A stretch of 64,000 nt of DNA, taken from positions 33,090 to 97,089 of the IMG/VR virus record IMGVR_UViG_3300028534_000003. One strand, given 5' to 3'. The stretch's first letter is position 1. Each line of letters begins with the position of its first letter. Below the pieces are notes generated by a model. That model was not told where the DNA came from and did no database searches. It was given only the letters and a program-made list of their open reading frames with translations. The stretch comes from a virus. Taxonomy: Duplodnaviria > Heunggongvirae > Uroviricota > Caudoviricetes. The position numbers and the translations under genes are program-made. Of the stretch, positions 30,061 through 37,921 are shown piece after piece.

Positions 30061-31120
30061 TATCCTTTAAGATGTTGGTAAATTTATATATTTCGAATGA
30101 CTTAGCTATTGAAGCATCCACATAAGCAAGTGCCCCAGGACGAATTAAATTATCAATTGTATCACTGAATGGACTACCCATGTTCACATGGTTAAGTGTT
30201 TGTAGGCCAGCTAGTGTTCGGTTGGACGTTGATCCGGTACATACTGAATTAAAGTGGGCATAAATAGTATCAAGTGGCTGATCAACTATCAATGATGTTT
30301 GATATGCTATATTACAAGAAGTCATTGGGGTTAAATGGGTGCCAGTAACAGCATGCCCAGCAGTAGTAAGGGATACACCATAATATGGTGCTGCTATACC
30401 ATCAGTTAAGAATTGGTTAGCGATGATATTAAGTACAGTGACGGTAGTACCAGTGGTACCCTCAACACGATAATTAATAGTAGCCATATTACCATCAATG
30501 TAATGCCCCTCAATAAATGTCTTAGGTGGTTCGGTTAATTCAGCGGAACCAAGGGTACGGATTAGATTGTTAATTAATCCATCTATTTTATCTTTGTCAA
30601 CTAAATCAGCTTCTTGTAGATCATATTCTATAAGGCTACGATTGCCATTGTAAGTATAAATAATCACACTGTATATTGCTGCTTCCACTTCAGGTGTAAT
30701 AGACATAGCTATTAGTATATGTAGTGGATTAAATATTTCACCAGTAGCATTGTTTTTAATAATTGCCCCATACAACTCAGATCCAAGTGTTTTATAAATT
30801 GTATAAATTGCTTGAATAGCTTCAGCAAAAGTAAATGAATTACCAATAGGAATAATTGTATCAGATATAATGCTAAGAAAGTCTTTGCCATTGAATCTAG
30901 GTTCATCTGGAGTAGTTGCCGGTACACGGTAATTAGTTAATATATCCTGGACAGATTGCATAGATGGTGATACTGAATATACTAATGCTTGATTGTCAAT
31001 TTTATTAGTGGCTACTGAACAGTTGTCAAGTAATGATTGAGATTCAAACTCAACACAAGACTTAAATTCGTTATCAAATATTCTAGTGAATAAAGGTTTA
31101 CTGTGTTTATCTGGTACCAT
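29969..31120 (-). CDS. Hypothetical protein (383 aa) with an acidic C-terminal tail
   Basis: Long ORF that overlaps its neighbours. The tail reads ETDNNDGDNSDTEAEDPQEN. Confidence 0.45.
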   Translation of the reverse strand: MVPDKHSKPLFTRIFDNEFKSCVEFESQSLLDNCSVATNKIDNQALVYSVSPSMQSVQDILTNYRVPATTPDEPRFNGKDFLSIISDTIIPIGNSFTFAEAIQAIYTIYKTLGSELYGAIIKNNATGEIFNPLHILIAMSITPEVEAAIYSVIIYTYNGNRSLIEYDLQEADLVDKDKIDGLINNLIRTLGSAELTEPPKTFIEGHYIDGNMATINYRVEGTTGTTVTVLNIIANQFLTDGIAAPYYGVSLTTAGHAVTGTHLTPMTSCNIAYQTSLIVDQPLDTIYAHFNSVCTGSTSNRTLAGLQTLNHVNMGSPFSDTIDNLIRPGALAYVDASIAKSFEIYKFTNILKDSDEKTNTTTTETDNNDGDNSDTEAEDPQEN

Positions 31121-33180
31121 TATAGTGCCTCCATATTATTAATATCTGTATCGGTATGAATTACATTAGATGATTGTGATATTTGAAAATTATACTTACG
31201 AGCTGTTGGTAGTACAGGATTACCATCGAATTCATAACTAAGAAGATTAAGGTCACGAGCTTGTGGATCAAAATCAGGGTTGGCTAATGTTTCAAGTAAA
31301 CCAATAGCTAGTCTAAGTTGATTCATAAAGAATGTATTCAATTCGATTACACCATACGATTCAACCTGTAAGGTTAAGTTGTGTGATGGATTAAGGTAAA
31401 GACTACAAGATGAGTCACCATGAGTGGCTGAGATGAATCCACCAATGTTAGATAACTCTTCACGAGTAGCTAAGCCAGGTGCACCATACACGATATGTTT
31501 GTCAGTTAATGGTACAGTTGTATTATCATCAATAGACTTAAATACGTTTTGAATGTACCCATTAGTACGTAGTCGCTGCTTATTGATAGATGGTACATTA
31601 TTTGATAGCCTACTTAATTGGTTACCAAGTAAATCAAGCTTATTAATGTCATTTCTAATTGTGCTAGTTAATACTGATGTAGGATCAATTGGGAATCTAA
31701 GTAAATTAGAAAATTCAATATTGTCATACTCAAAGATATTGACTGACTTAAATAAGTTAGCACTATCAGTATATTGCATGATAGAATTAAGCCAATGGAT
31801 AGTATTAGTATTAGTTCCACCGTAGCCAATGAATGTCATAGTATATTGCTGCTTACGAACTGCAGTAACTAGCTCAACCAAGTGTTTACGAGTATATCCA
31901 AGAACAGTGCAAAGATCAGCTATAGGTATCTGCTTCACACCAAATGCACGAGCAATGAATGGTGAGATAGCAGTAGCTGTACTAGGTAGCCTATAATTGT
32001 TAAACTCACTCATATTAAATCTATTGGCTATTAGTGACAATGGGAAATAAGTATCGACTACAATATTAGCTAATCCACTAGCTGGCCTAGCTTTCATAGC
32101 ATACCTGGTATTAATTTGTGATGTTAGATATTGATTAATTGACATTCGCTTAAGTTGAGAGTGTCCAAATACGGTTGCTCCCGGCTGAATACCAGTGTTG
32201 CGATTAAACATATGTATATCATTAGCGTAGCTTTTTAGTACTCCAGTGTCTTCAATGGCTAGTGTATATGCAGTAGAATGATACCTACTTGTATAGTATA
32301 GAATTGATAATGATGACTCAAACCCACTAGAATACCTAGCAGGTTTTATATTAAACAGGTAATGTACATCCTTTGTATTAAATATAAATATACTATCTCC
32401 AATTATAGCAGGGCCTATTATGGAATTACTTAAACAGGTTAGTATAACACTACTGATTGGGTCTGACCCATCGGCGGCTACTGTAATAGTAGGTATTCTA
32501 TTATTAACTTTTGTAGATATAAGCCCCTTATCACCAATATAATGTTTATTCCCAAATAATGTAAATTCAGCTTTGTATGATCGGGTATGGTCGGTTGAGC
32601 TATACTTAGTTACACGCAATCCAGTCGGGCTAACACTATCAGATTGAGAGAATAATTTACTAATTAATTCAGCTTGTTGCTCTTTTGAATATATAGATGG
32701 ATTTTCTGGTGTAAACTCAAATAAATCGGGACTTACTGATTTACGTAAATACTCAAGGGGGACGTCAGGATAAGTAGGTGGTCCATTTAATACACCGTTG
32801 TTATTTATAGTAAATTGTGTTATACTGCCGTTATTACCCATATCATATCTATCTATGTTGATATGGGCACCACTTGGTGATTGCATATACTCATTAAAAA
32901 CTTTAGTAGCTAAAAATTTATTAGTTCTTAGTACAAGTAATGCAGATGAATCTAGCAATACTGGTGTTGCTGACAATTCAAATAATACTATAGGAGTATC
33001 AAATGGATCTTCTGTTTCTACAGTACTATGTACTGATAAGAACATGGGATCAGATTCATAAGTAGGGTAGATAGCTGCGAATCCACTAGAGCTGGTTAGG
33101 TATACAGTAGATATATATTCAGGAGAACGATGTTCAATTGGAATATGTTCGAAGATTCTGTCTTGAAGTGATGTTGGCAT
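31120..33180 (-). CDS. Protein with a C-terminal E1/ThiF-like adenylation (Rossmann) domain
   Basis: G-rich loop FIGYGGTNTN followed about 30 aa later by IFEYDNIEFSNLLRF. Compare the ThiF/MoeB/E1 signature D.D.VE.SNLNRQ. Confidence 0.5.
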   Translation of the reverse strand: MPTSLQDRIFEHIPIEHRSPEYISTVYLTSSSGFAAIYPTYESDPMFLSVHSTVETEDPFDTPIVLFELSATPVLLDSSALLVLRTNKFLATKVFNEYMQSPSGAHINIDRYDMGNNGSITQFTINNNGVLNGPPTYPDVPLEYLRKSVSPDLFEFTPENPSIYSKEQQAELISKLFSQSDSVSPTGLRVTKYSSTDHTRSYKAEFTLFGNKHYIGDKGLISTKVNNRIPTITVAADGSDPISSVILTCLSNSIIGPAIIGDSIFIFNTKDVHYLFNIKPARYSSGFESSLSILYYTSRYHSTAYTLAIEDTGVLKSYANDIHMFNRNTGIQPGATVFGHSQLKRMSINQYLTSQINTRYAMKARPASGLANIVVDTYFPLSLIANRFNMSEFNNYRLPSTATAISPFIARAFGVKQIPIADLCTVLGYTRKHLVELVTAVRKQQYTMTFIGYGGTNTNTIHWLNSIMQYTDSANLFKSVNIFEYDNIEFSNLLRFPIDPTSVLTSTIRNDINKLDLLGNQLSRLSNNVPSINKQRLRTNGYIQNVFKSIDDNTTVPLTDKHIVYGAPGLATREELSNIGGFISATHGDSSCSLYLNPSHNLTLQVESYGVIELNTFFMNQLRLAIGLLETLANPDFDPQARDLNLLSYEFDGNPVLPTARKYNFQISQSSNVIHTDTDINNMEAL

Positions 33181-33232
33181 AATTAGTCCTTATAATATTT
33201 TAGTGAGCCCTCTAAGGAGGACTCTAAAAAGA

Positions 33233-33358
33233 TTAAGCTGCTACACCAGATCCAGATTTACTTTTCATAGTTGATCCAGATGCAGTTGTAACGTTAACAG
33301 GTGCTGACGTATCTGCTCCAGCTAATGCTGCTGCAATTAATTCTGCGTTAGTTGCCAT
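33233..33358 (-). CDS. Unannotated small ORF (41 aa, A/S/G/T-rich peptide MATNAELIAAALAGADTSAPVNVTTASGSTMKSKSGSGVAA)
   Basis: Strong SD (GGAGG 7 nt upstream of the ATG). It is followed by an 8-bp hairpin (including one G.U pair) before the next gene's RBS. Confidence 0.4.
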   Translation of the reverse strand: MATNAELIAAALAGADTSAPVNVTTASGSTMKSKSGSGVAA

Positions 33359-33360
33359 AA

Positions 33361-33606
33361 TTAATCCTCCTTACCTATTGATACTGGTAAATTAACTGTT
33401 ACTTCACCCTCAAGTGAGTATAGCTCAATTGTAGCATCAGTAGTCGCTAATCTCTTAGCGATCTTCTTAGCTTCTTTAACCGATACAAACTCACTACCGA
33501 TTTGACCATTGATAACTAAGATTTTATTCTTCTTAGCTTTCTTAGTAGTTTTTACTGGTGCGAATACTGCTTCAAGTTTTGCCAATATTTCTTCTGTTTT
33601 AGACAT
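33361..33606 (-). CDS. Hypothetical small protein (Lys-rich N-terminus, possibly a beta-grasp-like core)
   Basis: 81 aa. ILVINGQ...TIELYSLEGEVTV resembles ThiS/MoaD-like strand patterns, but there is no C-terminal GG. Confidence 0.35.
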   Translation of the reverse strand: MSKTEEILAKLEAVFAPVKTTKKAKKNKILVINGQIGSEFVSVKEAKKIAKRLATTDATIELYSLEGEVTVNLPVSIGKED

Positions 33607-33692
33607 AGTTGTCTCCTAATTGATTGTTATGTTCTGCCATTGTGGCATACCAGAATACGGGTCCTTGTACAAAGGCCTATAGTTTAAAGTCA

Positions 33693-33890
33693 TTACGGAC
33701 TGATTAATGCTGCTAACAGCCCAAGTACTGCAATAGCAGTTATATTAGTTATGAATAATATAAATGCAGACCAAGCTGCTTGTGGGAAAGTAGCTCCATG
33801 TGCCCATAAAAAGATTAAAGTCCTAAATACTAGTAGACTACCAAATGCTACTAATAAGTACGCTATTATCATAAGTATGTCAGATATCAA
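33693..33890 (-). CDS. Small membrane protein (2 transmembrane segments)
   Basis: Hydrophobic 65-aa ORF. Confidence 0.4.
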   Translation of the reverse strand: MISDILMIIAYLLVAFGSLLVFRTLIFLWAHGATFPQAAWSAFILFITNITAIAVLGLLAALISP

Positions 33891-33895
33891 TTGTC

Positions 33896-34639
33896 TTATG
33901 ATTCAGCCACACAATCTTCAAATAAGAATTTATGATCGTCTGGCAATGCATCAAATATAGCTTGTGCTAGGTCTCTGATTTCCCATAATGCTGCTTTAGA
34001 TGATCGTAATGATAGAAAGTTCTGTAATGATCTGGCATTGATAGTCCAAACTAGAGATGTACGATAGGCCTCAGGCATACAGTACTTAGCTAGGTCATTA
34101 GAGCAATTGTTATTAAGTATGCTTCTCAAATTTTCAAGAGCTTCAACACTAGCTGAGTCAACATCATCATTGCCAGTAAGTACAATATATTTACAAGCAC
34201 GATCTATAGCATATTGTTCTGTAAATGGTGTTATGAATGTATCTTCATCAGTAAGTTCGGCTAATGTGTAGCGACTAGACTTTACTGAGAATGAGCTAAT
34301 TCTATGTCGAACTAATTCTTGCAAGCAAGCTCTACTAATTCCATCAATATCGAAATTGTATGATACATGTTCAATAGTTGAGGCGTGTTTGTTCTTGTTG
34401 GCTATACGCTCTATTCGTGCTACATTGCAACCTGGTATTTTAATAGGGCTACCAAACTGAGCATTACAATTGTCACATAAATAATAGTCGTCAGGTTGAG
34501 ACTTAAACTCAAAAGATTCACTTCCACAAGATGGACAAACACCCTCATCATTAGTATCTGGTGTAGGTTTATCCCAACATTTCCCTATAGCTTTATCTGC
34601 TATCCAAAGTGGTGTATGATTTAAAAGTGTTACTGTCAT
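33896..34639 (-). CDS. thyX: FAD-dependent thymidylate synthase ThyX with an inserted Zn-ribbon
   Basis: N-terminus LLNHTP..IADKAIGKCW (ThyX start) and RHRISSFSVKSSRY (ThyX RHR...S..S.RY motif). A CPSCGS...CDNC insertion lies between them. Confidence 0.6.
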   Translation of the reverse strand: MTVTLLNHTPLWIADKAIGKCWDKPTPDTNDEGVCPSCGSESFEFKSQPDDYYLCDNCNAQFGSPIKIPGCNVARIERIANKNKHASTIEHVSYNFDIDGISRACLQELVRHRISSFSVKSSRYTLAELTDEDTFITPFTEQYAIDRACKYIVLTGNDDVDSASVEALENLRSILNNNCSNDLAKYCMPEAYRTSLVWTINARSLQNFLSLRSSKAALWEIRDLAQAIFDALPDDHKFLFEDCVAES

Positions 34640-34896
34640 GATTGCTCCTCTTGTATTGTATAAATATCATTAATAATATCAGTCATATATTCTAATGATG
34701 CCTCACCAGTTAGTTCAATTAAAGATATATCAGTATCTCCAATGTATGTTGTAGTTAAATTAGTATGTTCATTATAGTCAATAGTAATAGTATCTGAATT
34801 AGAGTGTATTTTAGTACCGTCTTCATGACTCCATATATAAGTTATGTCACTCATTATTGTTCCTTTGTAAATAGATAATTGTAGATTTGTTTCCAT
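34636..34896 (-). CDS. Hypothetical protein
   Basis: 86-aa ORF. Confidence 0.3.
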   Translation of the reverse strand: METNLQLSIYKGTIMSDITYIWSHEDGTKIHSNSDTITIDYNEHTNLTTTYIGDTDISLIELTGEASLEYMTDIINDIYTIQEEQS

Positions 34897-35042
34897 ACTG
34901 AATGTTCAGCTGACGATTTAGCTTTCATTGCTTTATTAGAAATATAATCTTTCTGTTCAGCTAATATTGATTTCAATTCAGTTTCTCGTAGTTTAGGCTG
35001 AAGTTTAGCTGCATTAAATATTAATTCCCATTGTGACATCAT
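34854..35042 (-). CDS. Hypothetical protein
   Basis: 62-aa ORF. Confidence 0.3.
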   Translation of the reverse strand: MMSQWELIFNAAKLQPKLRETELKSILAEQKDYISNKAMKAKSSAEHSVWKQIYNYLFTKEQ

Positions 35043-35254
35043 TTATGTTCCTCTATATATTGTTTAACTAATTTAGGGTTTATCTTATCAAATTTATTAC
35101 AATATTGTTGTACTGGACAGTGATTATAACAGTCACATAAATCATAATCATTACATTTAATATCTACATATTCAGATTCATTATTATAAACAAGATTAAA
35201 ATGTTCAGATATAATTGATAGTGTTTTAAGTTCATCGTTAGTTAATATATCCAT
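35039..35254 (-). CDS. Cys-rich small protein
   Basis: CNDYDLCDCYNHCPVQQYC cluster. Confidence 0.35.
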   Translation of the reverse strand: MDILTNDELKTLSIISEHFNLVYNNESEYVDIKCNDYDLCDCYNHCPVQQYCNKFDKINPKLVKQYIEEHK

Positions 35255-35892
35255 CAGCTATCAAACCCTACAGCTAGTATAACTTCGTCATACTTATTTT
35301 CATCATATGGAGCATATAATAACATCCATTGTTTTAATTTTTCAATGATTGTTACGAATGGTTTCTCTTCCCATGAAGTTCTAATATATAACTCTTTAGG
35401 TATTTTACCTTTAGATGAATTATTATAGTATTCCAGTTCAAAATTACCTTTATCATATTGATAATCATCTAATACTTGAACACCTTTACCTGTTATATCA
35501 CCACAATAATCTATATCTTCAGGTAAGCTTTTATTGTCTTTTATAAGCTTATACTCATGTTCAGTAAAGACTCCATATCTTACTACCTGTACTAAATGTT
35601 TATCAGTTTGTAAGATATCTTTTAATGTTACATGTGTTTTACTATGATCACCAAATATCCAAGTGTCTTTAGCTTCAAATGATGATAATACTTTTGGTAT
35701 GCCTTTATTTTCTGCGATTGGTGTTACTGGAGTATGTCTAGCACATCCTGCAAATCCATAACCATTTCTAACACCTGCTAAAATAGCGAAGAAATCATAG
35801 TTTCTTCCACTAAATACTGGTGGTAATTCAACAAACTGGTATTCATCTTTCCATGACTTATAGAATAATCCACCGTGTATATCTGTTCCCAT
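35254..35892 (-). CDS. Hypothetical protein (212 aa)
   Basis: ORF with a THVTL (H-x-T-x-like) motif. No secure assignment. Confidence 0.4.
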   Translation of the reverse strand: MGTDIHGGLFYKSWKDEYQFVELPPVFSGRNYDFFAILAGVRNGYGFAGCARHTPVTPIAENKGIPKVLSSFEAKDTWIFGDHSKTHVTLKDILQTDKHLVQVVRYGVFTEHEYKLIKDNKSLPEDIDYCGDITGKGVQVLDDYQYDKGNFELEYYNNSSKGKIPKELYIRTSWEEKPFVTIIEKLKQWMLLYAPYDENKYDEVILAVGFDS

Positions 35893-35966
35893 ATATACTC
35901 CTTTATTTAGTATTTAGTCAACTAAGCTTATTTAATATATGTTTAGTTGACTAAATAGTTTAATAG

Positions 35967-36065
35967 TGGTACTGGTTGGATTCGAACCAACGATTCCAGG
36001 CGATCTATGAGCTTATAGATGCTTAAGGTCTGCCTACACTAGACCAACTTGTGCGTACAGTACCA
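35967..36065 (-). tRNA. tRNA-like gene, 99 nt, with a ~23-nt insertion in the anticodon-arm region
   Basis: On the minus strand the acceptor is GGTACTG/CAGTACC+A, the D-arm is GCAC-AAGTTGGTCTA-GTGT, and the T-arm is GTTGG-TTCGAAT-CCAAC. Between them, a TAGGC/GCCTG stem closes a 30-nt loop that holds an ATCTAT/ATAGAT hairpin. Confidence 0.5.
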
Positions 36066-36449
36066 AATGCGAGGATTGATTAGATCCTCTGACTTTAGTG
36101 ACCTTTATATTCAGTCTTATGGTAAGCTAGGAGTCACCTAGTACCTCCAATGATTCCCGCATTGGTACAGGCTCAGTAATCAGCTGAGTTATTGGTATTT
36201 ATAGTGTTTTTAGCACTGTGGTGTAGTAGCTGGGAGTTGCACCCAGATTGTTCCCGGGGATTCTACTAATTGAATTACCACTACAATAAGTAATTAAGAT
36301 GGGCGACTAATCCCCTGTAGCTACGACTGTAAACAGTTCAGTAGTCATCTGAATTGAGTAACTAGTAACAATAAGCATACTGATACCTGTAGGAGATTAC
36401 TATAGTAATGTTTAATGGCACACTACTTCAGTCATTATAAGCCAATAGG

Positions 36450-37349
36450 TTATTGTTTAGCGGATGTGTTTAATAATACTGGCATACTACCATTCATTAC
36501 CGATTTAGGTAATTGTCCATCCCATTTATTTGCTTCTGCTAACTTAACCTCAAGAGCTTTTTCCTGTAGTTCTAATTTACGTAATGTGATAAGTTCAGGA
36601 GTAATACCCTTAGCAGTCATAGCGTTGTAGTCTCTAATTCTCTTAGCTTCAAGCATACGAATATCATAGTCAGCTTCGGCTAGTTTTTTCTCACCTGCTT
36701 TTTTAGTTAATGCAATTTGTACATTAGCTTGTTCCTGTTCAATTTCCATTCGTCTTTTCTTAGCTGCTTCGATTGCATTAGTTACTATGTCTGGATATTT
36801 AATCTCTCCTATAGTAACATCGGAGATATCGATTGGTAATCCTTGTAACTTAGGTGCTAATGCTTGATACAATTCCTCAGTGATACGAGCATAGTTAGTG
36901 TTAACTTCATCTACGTTATATTTAGACATTACAGCTCTAGCAGTGTTAAGAATTACCATCTTACCATATACGTAATACACTTCTTGAGTAGTAATAATGT
37001 TATCATCCAACTTCATATCGTTGAATATAGCGTTCTGTCTTTTTCTATCGGATGTAACTCTACCTCTGAATACTACTGAGAACCTAAGAGTTAATTTATC
37101 TCTCAGTAAGACCTTTACAGGCTCTACAAACTTTTGTGTAGTGGTTTCAATTTGGATCATTCGTTCATGCATTGATGTTCTGGTAAAAGGACCATTGTCA
37201 ATATTTACGATGCCTGGGGGATATACCTCAGGTTGGAATCCGGTAGGCCCTAATACCTTACCTACGTGTCCTTGATCTACTTGAACATTACATCCGGTAA
37301 ATACAATTGTTGCTGTAATTGCAGCTATAATACTTAATATACGTTTCAT
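36450..37349 (-). CDS. SPFH/band-7 (prohibitin/HflKC-like) domain lipoprotein
   Basis: Lipobox (LSIIAAITATIVFTGC), then an SPFH-like core and a coiled-coil tail (EQEQANVQIALTKKAGEKKLAEADYDIRMLEAKR). Confidence 0.5.
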   Translation of the reverse strand: MKRILSIIAAITATIVFTGCNVQVDQGHVGKVLGPTGFQPEVYPPGIVNIDNGPFTRTSMHERMIQIETTTQKFVEPVKVLLRDKLTLRFSVVFRGRVTSDRKRQNAIFNDMKLDDNIITTQEVYYVYGKMVILNTARAVMSKYNVDEVNTNYARITEELYQALAPKLQGLPIDISDVTIGEIKYPDIVTNAIEAAKKRRMEIEQEQANVQIALTKKAGEKKLAEADYDIRMLEAKRIRDYNAMTAKGITPELITLRKLELQEKALEVKLAEANKWDGQLPKSVMNGSMPVLLNTSAKQ

Positions 37350-37663
37350 TAGTTTCCTTTTAATAAATTACCAGATAACTTAGCGTTATCGGTAAATGTG
37401 TTGTCTACCTGTTTAGGTGGTAATATTGTATGGCGTTCCTCAATTACTTTATCCATTTGTCTCATAGTTGGTGCAGTAGTTGGTTCCATTCTAATTGGAA
37501 TCATCCATTGTACAGTAATGAGAATAAGCGAAATTGTAGTCCACGTATTCCATACGACTTTTTTAGTTACAGATCGTCTCCAAGCTAAGTACAGAGCTAG
37601 AAAAGTAATCCCCATTGCGGTTAATTTAATTAACCAAAAATATGAAAATGATAGTTCAATCAT
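37349..37663 (-). CDS. Membrane protein
   Basis: 104-aa ORF with hydrophobic helices, coupled to the SPFH gene. Confidence 0.4.
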   Translation of the reverse strand: MIELSFSYFWLIKLTAMGITFLALYLAWRRSVTKKVVWNTWTTISLILITVQWMIPIRMEPTTAPTMRQMDKVIEERHTILPPKQVDNTFTDNAKLSGNLLKGN

Positions 37664-37675
37664 TGGTATCCTTTA

Positions 37676-37921
37676 TTAGTGTTTATTCCAGCATTGCATA
37701 ACTGGTGCTTTATATTTAGACTCAGTAAAGATAATTACACATTGCTGTGCTGGTTTACTATTAGGTACAGTGAACACATATGATCTTACATTAAGACCAG
37801 CAGTATCAAGTGTATAACGAGCATCAGGTTTGACTTCTTTATCATTCCATGTAGATATAGTTGTAAACATACCAGCATTAGCTGATATGATAAGTGTTAA
37901 TGTTAGTAGTAATGTTTTCAT
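37676..37921 (-). CDS. Small secreted protein (signal peptide)
   Basis: 81-aa ORF with an N-terminal signal peptide MKTLLLTLTLIISANA. Confidence 0.4.
   Translation of the reverse strand: MKTLLLTLTLIISANAGMFTTISTWNDKEVKPDARYTLDTAGLNVRSYVFTVPNSKPAQQCVIIFTESKYKAPVMQCWNKH

Noticed and set aside
36066-36449. Additional canonical tRNA genes in the structured gap after the 99-nt tRNA-like gene
   Set aside because: Several 5-7-bp hairpins with 7-nt loops exist, but none has U33 plus a purine at 37 with flanking acceptor, D-arm and T-arm complements that I could verify by eye. This is left to tRNAscan or Infernal.
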